Assembly (NCBI GenBank): GCA_046706145.1
Contig: JBJKPP010000157.1
Coordinates: forward strand, 1 to 41,592
Source of the DNA: Ignavibacteriaceae bacterium
Lineage (GTDB): Bacteria > Bacteroidota > Ignavibacteria > Ignavibacteriales > Ignavibacteriaceae
Reading direction: 5' to 3'
DNA: 41,592 bases
Shown: piece after piece, positions 1 through 9,516 of the stretch
How positions within the stretch are numbered: the first letter of the stretch is position 1
How the letters are laid out: the number at the start of each line of letters is the position of its first letter
Program-made: the position numbers and the translations under genes
Notes under the pieces: generated by a model
Seen by the model: only the letters and a program-made list of their open reading frames with translations
Told to the model about the DNA's origin: nothing
The model's database searches: none

Positions 1-60
1 GATGGTAAGGAATATAGAATTATACAAAGATCCGACGTACTTGCTGTAATAGAAGATTAG
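1..60 (+). CDS. groES: co-chaperonin GroES, 3' end only (gene begins upstream of the window)
   Basis: Frame 1 reads DGKEYRIIQRSDVLAVIED then TAG. This resembles the conserved GroES C-terminus (G-x-EYLIL-x-ESDILAVI). Only 19 codons are visible. Confidence 0.65.
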   Translation, partial: DGKEYRIIQRSDVLAVIED

Positions 61-319
61 CGAAGACCTACATTTGTTCAGTTTTTGTGTTTTATGAATA
101 TTACGGAAATGAAGGTAGGGAAGTTTCAAAGTCAACATTTTTGTTTGTGCGGGAACTCTTCTAATTCTATTTTCCTTTAGACATTACTTGAATAAGTGTG
201 CGTAATACAAAACTTTATCTAAAAAAAGTAATACTGGCCAAAATAATTTCATAAAAGAAAATTTATTAATAGAACTAATAGAATTCTTATATTTTTGCCC
301 AACATAAGAACCCATCCTG

Positions 320-342
320 CCCTTCCCTTGTGAAGGGAAGGG
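320..342 (+). other. perfect 10-bp polypyrimidine/polypurine hairpin (CCCTTCCCTT-GTG-AAGGGAAGGG)
   Basis: Read directly from the sequence. Followed by TTTGTG. It lies 260 nt downstream of the groES stop, in a region with no credible ORF. Confidence 0.4.
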
Positions 343-417
343 TTTGTGAAATGTTATGCTTATTGTTAAAATACTGTTAAAACATTTTTTTTCAATTAGG
401 GATTTATTGTCAATAAG

Positions 418-463
418 TCTCCCTCTTCTCAAGAGGGAGATTTGAGGGAGTTATTTTTATTTT
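418..463 (+). terminator. candidate intrinsic terminator with two alternative foldings
   Basis: TCTCCCTCTT-CTC-AAGAGGGAGA (418-440) is a perfect 10-bp stem. A second GAGGGAG (444-450) can pair instead with CTCCCTC (419-425) and is followed by TTATTTTTATTTT. Confidence 0.45.
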
Positions 464-753
464 GGACAGATATGATAAACAGATTTGTTTATCTTACATA
501 CATGAACATTATAAACAATTTATGTAATTTTAAGTATAGAAAATTAATTTCCTCAAAAGGGAAAGACCAAAAATCAGATATTGGGGAATTTAAGTGAAGA
601 CAATAATTTCACTAAGCCGCTATTGCTTGTTACTCCAAATCATTAAAACGATTACATCTCAAAAATCATCTCAAATATATTTATATAAAAACTATTCATT
701 AGTGAATTCAGTAAATTTAAATATGAAAAGAATTTTACTTTTAGGAGTTTAAA

Positions 754-3015
754 ATGACGTTTAATATTCGTGAAGCTCTTGATTATCATAGCCAAGGAAG
801 AAAAGGGAAAATAGAAGTTACGCCTACTAAACCATGTTTAACTTCTAGGGATTTATCTTTGGCTTATACCCCCGGAGTTGCAGAACCTTGCAGAGAGATA
901 CATAAAAATGAAGAAGAGGTTTATAAATACACTGCAAAAGGAAACCTTGTAGCTGTTGTCAGTAATGGCACCGCAGTTCTAGGCCTAGGAGACATTGGTC
1001 CTTCTGCCGGAAAACCTGTTATGGAAGGTAAAGGTGTTTTATTTAAAAGATTTGCAGATATTGACGTTTTTGATATTGAACTAAAAACTCACGACCCACA
1101 AGAAATAATCAAAGCTGTTCAACTTTTGGAACCTACTTTTGGAGGGATAAATCTCGAAGATATAAAAGCTCCAGAATGCTTTGAAATTGAGCAAACTTTG
1201 AAGAGCACTATGAACATCCCTGTTTTTCACGATGATCAGCATGGAACAGCAATTATTTCCTGTGCAGCCTTAATTAATGCTGCAGAATTAGCTGGTAAAA
1301 AATTGGAAGATTTAAAAATTACTGTAAGTGGAGCAGGTGCTTCTGCAATATCTTGCTGCAAATTATACCTTCGTGCCGGAGTTAAAAAAGAAAACATAAT
1401 GATGATAGATTCTAAAGGTTGTTTAAGTAAAGATAGAAAAGACCTTAATAAATATAAGATGGAGTTTGCAACAGATAAGAAGTGTAAAACTTTGACAGAA
1501 GCGATGAAGGGCGCTGACGTATTTATAGGTCTATCCGTTGGTGGAATAGTAACGCAAGAGATGGTTAAAGTTATGGCTCCGAACCCAATAATTTTTGCTT
1601 TAGCTAATCCTGATCCAGAAATTACATATGAAGATGCTCTTGCTGCAAGAAGCGATGCCATCATTGCCACAGGCAGAAGTGATTTTCCAAATCAGGTTAA
1701 TAATGTATTAGGTTTCCCATTTATCTTTAGGGGAGCTCTTGACGTTAGAGCTAGCGCAATAAATGAAGAAATGAAAATGGCCGCTGTTCGCGCTCTTGCA
1801 GGGCTTGCACGTGAAAAGGTTCCCGAAATGGTAATTAGCGCATACGGAGGAGAAGATTTTTCTTTTGGCAGAGAATACATAATACCTAAACCTTTTGATC
1901 CACGCGTCTTGTGGTATGTTGCTCCTGCAGTTGCTAAGGTTGCAATTGAAACAGGTGTTGCACGTAAAGAAATTAAGGATTGGAAATTATATGAGGAGCA
2001 ATTAAAAGATAGACTGGGTCTTTCTAAAGAAGTTATTAGGGTAATGATTCATAAGGCACAGAAAAATCCTAAACGCGTTGTATTTGCTGAAGGAGAGGAA
2101 GAAAAAATAATTAGGGCTGCCCATTCGGCGCTGACTGAAAATATGGCAGTGCCTATACTTTTAGGAAATGAAAAAATTATAAAAGAAACAATTGGTAAAC
2201 TTGGATATAATGAGAAGGACTTTGAAGTTGTTAATCCCTTAAAGAATGGAAAAAGCGAAGTATATGCCAAAGCATTTTATAATGAGCGTCAGAGAAAAGG
2301 TGCCACATTAAAAGAAGCAAAAGACTTAATGACTAACACAATTTATTATGGTTCTATGATGGTAGCGATGAATGATGCAGATGCATTAATTAGCGGATTA
2401 ACTACAAATTATCCCAATACTATCCGTCCTGCTTTGCAGTGTATTGGATTAAAGGAAGGATTTAAAGTTGTTTCAGGCATGTATATAGTTGTTGCAAAGA
2501 ATAATACATATTTCTTCTCAGATGCAACAGTCAACGTGAATCCTTCTGCTGAAGTTCTAGCTGAGATTGCTATTTCTACTGCCGATACGATTAAAGAATT
2601 CGACATTATTCCTCGAGTTGCTATGTTGTCATTCAGTAATTTTGGCTCGGCTAGATATCCGGAATCTGAAAAAGTTAAGAAGGCTGTAGAATTAGTCAAA
2701 AAACTTCGCCCAGATATTATTTTAGATGGTGAAATGCAGGCGGATACAGCGGTTATGCCTGAAATAGTCGAAAAAGATTTTCCATTTAGTGAAATAAAAG
2801 GTCGTGCAAATGTCTTAATTTTTCCCAATCTTGATTCTGGGAACATAGCCTATAAACTTATGGCAAGAATAGGACAAGCAACAGTAATAGGGCCTATATT
2901 AATGGGTATGAAAAAGCCTATTCATGTTCTGCAAAGAGGTGCAACTGTTGATGACATAATTAATATGACAGCGATTGCTGTCGTTCAAGCCGGTCATAAA
3001 AAGACTACGAAATAA
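754..3015 (+). CDS. maeB: NADP-dependent malic enzyme, MaeB-type (malic enzyme domain fused to a phosphate acetyltransferase-like domain)
   Basis: 753 aa. N-terminal malic-enzyme region ([47 protein letters not shown]) plus a C-terminal PTA-like domain of about 330 aa. AGGAG lies 7 nt upstream of the ATG. Confidence 0.93.
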   Translation: MTFNIREALDYHSQGRKGKIEVTPTKPCLTSRDLSLAYTPGVAEPCREIHKNEEEVYKYTAKGNLVAVVSNGTAVLGLGDIGPSAGKPVMEGKGVLFKRFADIDVFDIELKTHDPQEIIKAVQLLEPTFGGINLEDIKAPECFEIEQTLKSTMNIPVFHDDQHGTAIISCAALINAAELAGKKLEDLKITVSGAGASAISCCKLYLRAGVKKENIMMIDSKGCLSKDRKDLNKYKMEFATDKKCKTLTEAMKGADVFIGLSVGGIVTQEMVKVMAPNPIIFALANPDPEITYEDALAARSDAIIATGRSDFPNQVNNVLGFPFIFRGALDVRASAINEEMKMAAVRALAGLAREKVPEMVISAYGGEDFSFGREYIIPKPFDPRVLWYVAPAVAKVAIETGVARKEIKDWKLYEEQLKDRLGLSKEVIRVMIHKAQKNPKRVVFAEGEEEKIIRAAHSALTENMAVPILLGNEKIIKETIGKLGYNEKDFEVVNPLKNGKSEVYAKAFYNERQRKGATLKEAKDLMTNTIYYGSMMVAMNDADALISGLTTNYPNTIRPALQCIGLKEGFKVVSGMYIVVAKNNTYFFSDATVNVNPSAEVLAEIAISTADTIKEFDIIPRVAMLSFSNFGSARYPESEKVKKAVELVKKLRPDIILDGEMQADTAVMPEIVEKDFPFSEIKGRANVLIFPNLDSGNIAYKLMARIGQATVIGPILMGMKKPIHVLQRGATVDDIINMTAIAVVQAGHKKTTK

Positions 3016-3174
3016 AAATTCTTAATTTTGTTTAAGATTTTTATATTAGCCAGCCTATAGTTGAGTAAATTTTGTTATATATTCTTTATGGAAAGTGCTG
3101 TTTACTTTTTCATAAAAAATAAAATAAATTGTAGCAAACTCAACGTTATCTAATTATAATAAATGTAGATACTA

Positions 3175-3996
3175 ATGAATAATCTTATACCTTGGTTTCA
3201 TATAGTCATAGCTGTATTTGTTTATATTGTCGTAGCTTTGTTAGCTTCTTATATAACACGTAAAAAGGGGGAAAACCTAAAGCAAGTTGAAGGCCGCACT
3301 TCTTCATTTATATTATTCATTGGAGCAGTAGCTAATCTTTTGGTTTTGGCAGTCATAATTTTACTGCTTATCTATATGGATGACCAATCAATACTTTCAT
3401 TAGGTACAACTATGACAGATAAAGATTTAATATTCTCATTTGCGGCACTTATGATAACCATTGTGATAGCTTTGGGATTTATTGCTGTATTAGATTTGTC
3501 GCATAGTAAAACTAAAGTGAAAATTCAAAAACCTGTTAAGAACATTTCTCAAACGTTGAGAATGATTGCAGGACTGGCCATTCTCTTTATTGTGGCTTCG
3601 CAGGAAGAAACACTCTTTCGTGGTTATATCACATTAAACTTAATTTCATACGGACCTTTTTTTATAATAATATTTACAACGCTTATCTTTACAGCAATTC
3701 ATTTCTTAACGAATAAAGTTACTTCTTATCAAGTTATTAGTTGGCTTCTAGGCGGGGCCATTCTTTCTTATGCTTATTTAATTAGCGGCTCAATTTGGGC
3801 AGTTATAATTTTACATTTTGCGATGGACACAGTTAATATGATTCTGTTTAATATTGCTGGACAGTTTTCTGTTTATACTTTTTCACCTTCACTTACAAAT
3901 AAACAACGTTTGATATATCGTTTGTCGCTTATATTTGCTACCTTAATTATTCTAATTGCAATTTATGGCCTAGCTGGGTTTCATAACTTTCAATAG
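3175..3996 (+). CDS. CPBP family intramembrane glutamic endopeptidase (CAAX protease-like)
   Basis: Polytopic membrane protein carrying the CPBP motifs QEETLFRG (EExxxR), FTAIHF (FxxxH) and HFAMDTVN. Confidence 0.75.
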   Translation: MNNLIPWFHIVIAVFVYIVVALLASYITRKKGENLKQVEGRTSSFILFIGAVANLLVLAVIILLLIYMDDQSILSLGTTMTDKDLIFSFAALMITIVIALGFIAVLDLSHSKTKVKIQKPVKNISQTLRMIAGLAILFIVASQEETLFRGYITLNLISYGPFFIIIFTTLIFTAIHFLTNKVTSYQVISWLLGGAILSYAYLISGSIWAVIILHFAMDTVNMILFNIAGQFSVYTFSPSLTNKQRLIYRLSLIFATLIILIAIYGLAGFHNFQ

Positions 3997-4119
3997 ATTC
4001 TAATGTTTTCTTGATTTATTGGAAAGTTGAAATTTGCAGCATTGATTTGATAAGCAAAAGAGAAAAAAGCATTTAAAATTTAATGTCATACTTATCAAAA
4101 AACTTAATGGAGATAAATT

Positions 4120-5010
4120 ATGATGACAAAACACATTACATCCATTATTGGAATTATAATTTTATTAAATGTGACACTATTTTCACAAGTCTCACACGGT
4201 TTTGTGAAAGAAGATTTAAAGGTACCAAGCAAAATTTTACATAGAGATGTTAGTTATAGTATTTATCTTCCATTTGACTATGAAACCTCTCAAAGATATT
4301 ATCCTGTTGTTTATCTACTTCACGGATATACTGATGATGATAAAGCATGGATTCAATTTGGAGATGCAAATCTTATAGCTGATAAAGGCATAAGTGATAT
4401 GGAAATTCCGCCGATGATACTTGTAATGCCTGATGCAGGATTAACCTTTTATGTAAATAATTACAACGACTCTGTTAGATATGAAGATTTTTTCTTTAAA
4501 GAGTTTATTCCTTATATAGAATCCCATTACCGGATACTTAAGCAAAAACGTTACAGGGGAGTAGCTGGTTTGTCGATGGGAGGGTATGGCGCTTTAGTTT
4601 ATGCCCTAAAGCATCCTGATATGTTTTCAGCTTGTGCTGCTTTTAGTCCTGGCATTTATACTGATGATCAAATAATTACTGGTGAAGCCAATTCCTGGCA
4701 CTATTTAGGTCCTGTATTTGGGCCGGATTTGAAAGGCAAAGCGAGGCTAACAAAACAATTTTATGAAGACGACCCAATTTATTTGATGCAGCATTTAAAT
4801 CCTGACACTATAAAAACCGTCAGGTATTATATCGACTGTGGTGATGATGATTTCCTTTACAAGGGAAGCTCAACTCTTCACATAATAATGCGGGAATTAG
4901 ACATTCCACATCAGTATAGGGTGCGAAACGGTAGCCATCAATGGTCATATTGGCGGAGCGGACTTCTTAACGGGTTAAAATTTATTGGTGAGAGTTTTCA
5001 GCCAATGTAA
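4120..5010 (+). CDS. secreted alpha/beta-hydrolase, esterase D / putative-esterase family
   Basis: N-terminal signal peptide. YLLHGYTDD, the nucleophile elbow GLSMGGYGAL (GxSxG), and a C-terminal D...H (CGDDDF, GSHQW) typical of PF00756-type esterases. Confidence 0.75.
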   Translation: MMTKHITSIIGIIILLNVTLFSQVSHGFVKEDLKVPSKILHRDVSYSIYLPFDYETSQRYYPVVYLLHGYTDDDKAWIQFGDANLIADKGISDMEIPPMILVMPDAGLTFYVNNYNDSVRYEDFFFKEFIPYIESHYRILKQKRYRGVAGLSMGGYGALVYALKHPDMFSACAAFSPGIYTDDQIITGEANSWHYLGPVFGPDLKGKARLTKQFYEDDPIYLMQHLNPDTIKTVRYYIDCGDDDFLYKGSSTLHIIMRELDIPHQYRVRNGSHQWSYWRSGLLNGLKFIGESFQPM

Positions 5011-5313
5011 AATTTTTCGTTAAAGATTATAAATATTTACAGAGGAATTTTTGTATATTCACTAAATTCGTTATTGTTATTCTAATCACCTTCCTAAGTT
5101 ATATCAGCTATAAGTGTTTAAGTGTTGATTGTGTATTGGATTATGATATGTTTATAAATAAAGTGGAATCTAAAAAGTTACGTCTTAAATGAGAACATTA
5201 TTCCTAATTAGAAGAAAAATAAACTTAATTTTAAACTTTTTTCGATTTTCTTTTGTCCTATATCAAATGAGATATTATGTTTTAACGCTTATTTTACACA
5301 TAGGAGCTTCCGG

Positions 5314-7734
5314 ATGAAGAATCTACACATATTGTTATTCCTTATATTAATTCCCATTAATATGCTCATAGGGCAACAAGCGGATGGCACTGGAAAAATT
5401 ACAGGTGAAGTCTTTGATGAACAAACTAAGAAACCGGTTGAGTATGCTAATGTTATACTTTTTACGCAGAATGATAATAAGCAAGTAACGGGTGCAGTAA
5501 CGAATAGAAATGGAAAATTTATAATTAAAGGTATTAATACAGGTAAATATTCAGTATCCGTAGAGTTTATTGGGTACGCAAAAAAAGAGATAAATGGAAT
5601 TTCTGTATCAAGTTCACATGCAAATGTGGATATAGGCAAAGTTTACTTAGTTCCCACTGCTATTAATATGAAGAATGTTGTTGTTAAAGCCCAGAGACCC
5701 GGAGTTTCTTATCAGTTGGACAAACAGGTGATTGATGTTAGCAAGATGAACACAAGCATATCTGGGAATGCAACGGACGTTCTTGAAAATATTCCTTCAG
5801 TTAATGTTGATATTGATGGAAATGTAACCCTAAGGGGAAGCGCAGACTTTACTGTTTATATTGATGGCAGACCTTCTGTAATGGATGCTCAAGACGCTTT
5901 ACTTCAGATTCCTGCAAGTTCAATTAAAACTATTGAAATAATAACTAATCCTTCCGCTAAATATGATGCCGAAGGGACAGCTGGCATAATAAATATTATA
6001 CTTAAGAAAAATCAAAACTTGGGGTTGAGCGGCATAATAAACGCAAACGGTGGATTTGATGACAAGTATGGCGGTGATGCTCAACTTCAATATAAAACTC
6101 AATCCATTGGATATGATTTTGGTATAAACTATAATCGCAAGAACTTTCCAGGTTCTAACATTGAACGAAAGCAATTCTTTCTTGGGGATAGTACTTCTTA
6201 TCAAAATTCAAATGGTAATATGAATTGGGGACATACCACTTTTGATCTTAGAGGGGCTATAAATTTCGATTTAGATGAAAATGATAATCTTTCTCTTGGG
6301 GCAAGATATGGTTCTAGGGATCATTTGAGGAATTCGACTTTAAATTATGCTCAATGGTCTAATATTAACCCTGACCAATTTCTCTATCTTAGTAATAGCA
6401 ATCAAAAAAGATCGGGATCGTTTTACGCTTTAAACACAAATTTTATTCATAAATTTAATGGGGACGATGCAAACGAGCTTACAGGAGAACTTTTCTTAAG
6501 CCACGATAATTCGAATCAATCAACTGTCTCTTCAGATCTTCAAAGTTCTATTCAACTTGATGGTAAAAATACAATCGAACTCGGTCCAAGAACTCATTTT
6601 AGAGGTAAAATGGATTATACTTTACCTCTGGTTGATTCAAGTAAATTTTCAGCCGGTACGGAATTCAGCTCTGAAAAATCTCAAGACGTTAACGAATTAT
6701 ACCAGTTTGATTCTACTCTCTCAACTTATACTTTCGAACCACAATTTAGTAATACAACAGATTACGTATTGAGTGAATTTGCTCTTTATTCAATTTATTC
6801 AAAGAATTTTGGACCCCTGGGATTGCAGGCCGGAATTCGTTCAGAATACACTTATCAGAATGTTAAGCTTGAAGGAACAAATGAAACATATAATGTAAAT
6901 AGATGGGACTTTTTTCCCACTTTTCATTCTTCATTTAAGTTAACTGATATATCACAGTTTATGCTGAGCTATTCAAGAAGAATTCAACGGCCGCGTGGAT
7001 GGGAACTTGAGCCTTTCTATACGTGGATAGATGCTAATGATGTTAGACAAGGCAATCCTTCGCTAAAACCGGAGTATATAGATTCCTATGAATTAGGATT
7101 TCAAACTGCTTTAGCTGGCATTTCAATTTCTAATGATTTTTACTATCGCTTCACTCATGATAAAATTGAACATATTAATTCTGTCTATGCAGATAATATT
7201 TCGCTTAATACTATTGATAATGTCGGTAATGATTATTCTCTCGGTTATGAGTATATGTTTACAGTAAATCCTGTCAAATTTTGGGAATTTAATCTAATGG
7301 GTGATTTATATAATTATAAAATTACAGGTGCTCTTAATGGTGAATCTTTTGCTGGGCAAAGTTTTAACTGGAACATAAAAAATAATAATACATTCAATAT
7401 ATCTCCTTCAACTCAATTTCAGTTGAACACTAGATATTATAGTCCTTCCGTTTCACCTCAAGGGAAATGGGATGGATTCTTTACAACTGACGTTGCATTA
7501 AAGCAAGATCTAATGGGCAAACAATTATCTTTCACTTTACAAGTTCGTGATATATTAAATACTGCTCGCTGGGAATTTACCTCGCAAGGTCAGGATTTTT
7601 ATACTTACGCCCGCTTTGAGAGGGAATCACCGGTAGTTATGCTCAATGTGAGATATAACTTCAACAACTATAACGAGAAAAAACAAAACTCAAATCAATC
7701 CAATGATAATGGTGAAGGAGAACAGTATAATTAA
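5314..7734 (+). CDS. outer-membrane beta-barrel family protein (TonB-dependent-receptor-like) with an N-terminal carboxypeptidase-regulatory-like domain
   Basis: 806 aa. Signal peptide, then GKITGEVFDEQTKKPVEYANVILF (CarbopepD_reg-like), a plug-like region (NVDIDGNVTLRG, TIEIITNPSAKYDAEG), and a long barrel with alternating aromatic pattern. Confidence 0.75.
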   Translation: MKNLHILLFLILIPINMLIGQQADGTGKITGEVFDEQTKKPVEYANVILFTQNDNKQVTGAVTNRNGKFIIKGINTGKYSVSVEFIGYAKKEINGISVSSSHANVDIGKVYLVPTAINMKNVVVKAQRPGVSYQLDKQVIDVSKMNTSISGNATDVLENIPSVNVDIDGNVTLRGSADFTVYIDGRPSVMDAQDALLQIPASSIKTIEIITNPSAKYDAEGTAGIINIILKKNQNLGLSGIINANGGFDDKYGGDAQLQYKTQSIGYDFGINYNRKNFPGSNIERKQFFLGDSTSYQNSNGNMNWGHTTFDLRGAINFDLDENDNLSLGARYGSRDHLRNSTLNYAQWSNINPDQFLYLSNSNQKRSGSFYALNTNFIHKFNGDDANELTGELFLSHDNSNQSTVSSDLQSSIQLDGKNTIELGPRTHFRGKMDYTLPLVDSSKFSAGTEFSSEKSQDVNELYQFDSTLSTYTFEPQFSNTTDYVLSEFALYSIYSKNFGPLGLQAGIRSEYTYQNVKLEGTNETYNVNRWDFFPTFHSSFKLTDISQFMLSYSRRIQRPRGWELEPFYTWIDANDVRQGNPSLKPEYIDSYELGFQTALAGISISNDFYYRFTHDKIEHINSVYADNISLNTIDNVGNDYSLGYEYMFTVNPVKFWEFNLMGDLYNYKITGALNGESFAGQSFNWNIKNNNTFNISPSTQFQLNTRYYSPSVSPQGKWDGFFTTDVALKQDLMGKQLSFTLQVRDILNTARWEFTSQGQDFYTYARFERESPVVMLNVRYNFNNYNEKKQNSNQSNDNGEGEQYN

Positions 7735-7828
7735 AAATGCGCCTCTAAGTCAGTAACCCTTCTAAATTTTAGTTATTTTTGTTAGGTTCTTCTGAGAGAT
7801 TAAATCGAACTGACAATAAAATCATCTG

Positions 7829-8674
7829 ATGAAATATAATGTTAGCTTGGGTTATTCTAATGCACTTTCATTAGCGAAGGAGCACTATGAAAATTTCCCC
7901 GTTGTTTCACTTCTAATACCTACAAAACTTAAGTATCATGTTGCCATGATTTACTGGTTTGCCAGAGCCGCAGATGACCTTGCCGATGAGGGAGATTCCT
8001 GTGAAAATGAGAAATTGAGAAAGCTAAAAGATTTTGAATATAGGTTTTCACAATTACTGGAAGGTCATTTTGAGAATGATTTGGAGGCTGCACTTCTTAG
8101 CACTATCAAAAGTAAAAGTCTAAATCCTAAACATTTTTATGATTTGTTGTCCGCATTCGAACAGGATGTAGCCAAGAAAAGATATGCGAATTATGCAGAA
8201 TTGCTGGATTATTGCAGAAGATCTGCGAATCCTGTTGGCAGGCTTATTCTTGAGTTATATGGTATAAAAGACAAAAAATTGCACGAATACTCGGATAAAA
8301 TATGTACGGCATTACAATTGACCAATTTTTATCAGGATACTAAGATTGATTATGAAAAAGGAAGAATCTATCTACCTCAGGATGAGCTAAAAAATTATAC
8401 CATAGATGAATCGGTATTTGAGAATGATGGAAAAAATGCTAACTTGAGAAAGTTATTACAGTTTAATGTTGAAAGAACAAGAGATTTATTTGCTGAGGGA
8501 AGGAGTTTACTTACTCATTTGAGAGGTAAACTGAAGCTGGAAATTGAGTGGACGATATTAGGTGGAGAAAAAATACTTCAAAAAATCGAGAAAAATAGTT
8601 TTAATGTATTCAGTACTCACATCGTTTTGTCGAAGTCGGAAATGGTAAGACTTTTTTTAAAGACACTCATATGA
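7829..8674 (+). CDS. hpnC: hydroxysqualene synthase HpnC (squalene/phytoene synthase family)
   Basis: N-terminal HYENFPVVSLL signature of HpnC. Asp-rich motifs ARAADDLADEG and YQDTKIDYEKGRIYLP. The stop overlaps the next start (ATGA at 8671-8674). Confidence 0.8.
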   Translation: MKYNVSLGYSNALSLAKEHYENFPVVSLLIPTKLKYHVAMIYWFARAADDLADEGDSCENEKLRKLKDFEYRFSQLLEGHFENDLEAALLSTIKSKSLNPKHFYDLLSAFEQDVAKKRYANYAELLDYCRRSANPVGRLILELYGIKDKKLHEYSDKICTALQLTNFYQDTKIDYEKGRIYLPQDELKNYTIDESVFENDGKNANLRKLLQFNVERTRDLFAEGRSLLTHLRGKLKLEIEWTILGGEKILQKIEKNSFNVFSTHIVLSKSEMVRLFLKTLI

Positions 8675-9516
8675 TAGAGACAGCCAGAGAAATAAGTAAG
8701 AAAAGTAAAAGCAGCTTTTACTATGCTTTTAATTTGCTGCCCTCAGAAAAACGGGATGCGATGAACACTGTATATGCTTTCTGCAGGCAAACCGATGATA
8801 TAATTGATGAGGGTAATGATTCCGATGATATAAAATTTGAGAAACTGCATAAGTGGAGAATTGAGTTGGAGAAAGCTTTCCTTGGCCATTCCGATTATGT
8901 ACTGCTGAATAAATTGGGCAAAACTATTCTACAATTCAATATTCCAGTTGATCCATTCTTTGAACTCTTAAAAGGAATGGAGATGGACCTTCAGAGAAAA
9001 AATTATTTAACTTTTGATGACCTTACACTTTATTGTTATAGGGTTGCTTCAACCGTTGGTTTAATGTGCATAGAAATTTTCGGCTATAAAAATAAGTCCA
9101 CAAAGAATTTTGCAATTGACTTAGGAATAGCTTTACAGTTGACAAATATTCTAAGAGATGTTAAGAAAGATGCCTTGAGAGGAAGAATTTATCTTCCAAA
9201 AGAGGATTTAGTAAAATTCAATTATTCGGAAAATGATATTATAAAGAACGTATATAACCAAAATTTTGTTGATATGATGCAATATGAAGTTGAGAGAACT
9301 AAAACCTATTTTCGCAAGGCCACAGATGAATTAACTCTTGATGATAAAGGTGCAATGTTTGCCGCCAGAGCAATGCAGCATATTTATTACAAACTTCTGG
9401 AAAAGATTGTTAGTCATGAGTACGATGTTTACTCTAAAAAAATTAGAGTTCCGACTATAGAAAAAGTAGGTATTTCTTTAGGGGTTTGGGCGAAGTACAA
9501 TCTTGTTTATTCATGA
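8671..9516 (+). CDS. hpnD: presqualene diphosphate synthase HpnD (squalene/phytoene synthase family)
   Basis: SSFYYAFNLLPSEKRDAM..YAFCRQTDDIIDEG and LRDVKKDALRGRIYLP, an HpnD-type signature. Second synthase paralogue in tandem. Confidence 0.8.
   Translation: MIETAREISKKSKSSFYYAFNLLPSEKRDAMNTVYAFCRQTDDIIDEGNDSDDIKFEKLHKWRIELEKAFLGHSDYVLLNKLGKTILQFNIPVDPFFELLKGMEMDLQRKNYLTFDDLTLYCYRVASTVGLMCIEIFGYKNKSTKNFAIDLGIALQLTNILRDVKKDALRGRIYLPKEDLVKFNYSENDIIKNVYNQNFVDMMQYEVERTKTYFRKATDELTLDDKGAMFAARAMQHIYYKLLEKIVSHEYDVYSKKIRVPTIEKVGISLGVWAKYNLVYS

Noticed and set aside
184-432. 82-aa minus-strand ORF in the groES-maeB spacer
   Set aside because: The sequence is low-complexity with no recognisable family or RBS. 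It exists mainly because it spans the two GC-rich hairpins. I treat the region as non-coding.
474-493. Perfect 8-bp inverted repeat GATAAACA-GATT-TGTTTATC
   Set aside because: It lies 260 nt upstream of maeB with no second copy in the window. AT-rich 8-mers pair by chance in a 690-nt AT-rich spacer, so there is not enough to call an operator.
723-752. 9-codon uORF (MKRILLLGV) spanning the maeB Shine-Dalgarno sequence
   Set aside because: It is too short, with no regulatory codon pattern. ATG-containing mini-ORFs are expected by chance in AT-rich leaders.
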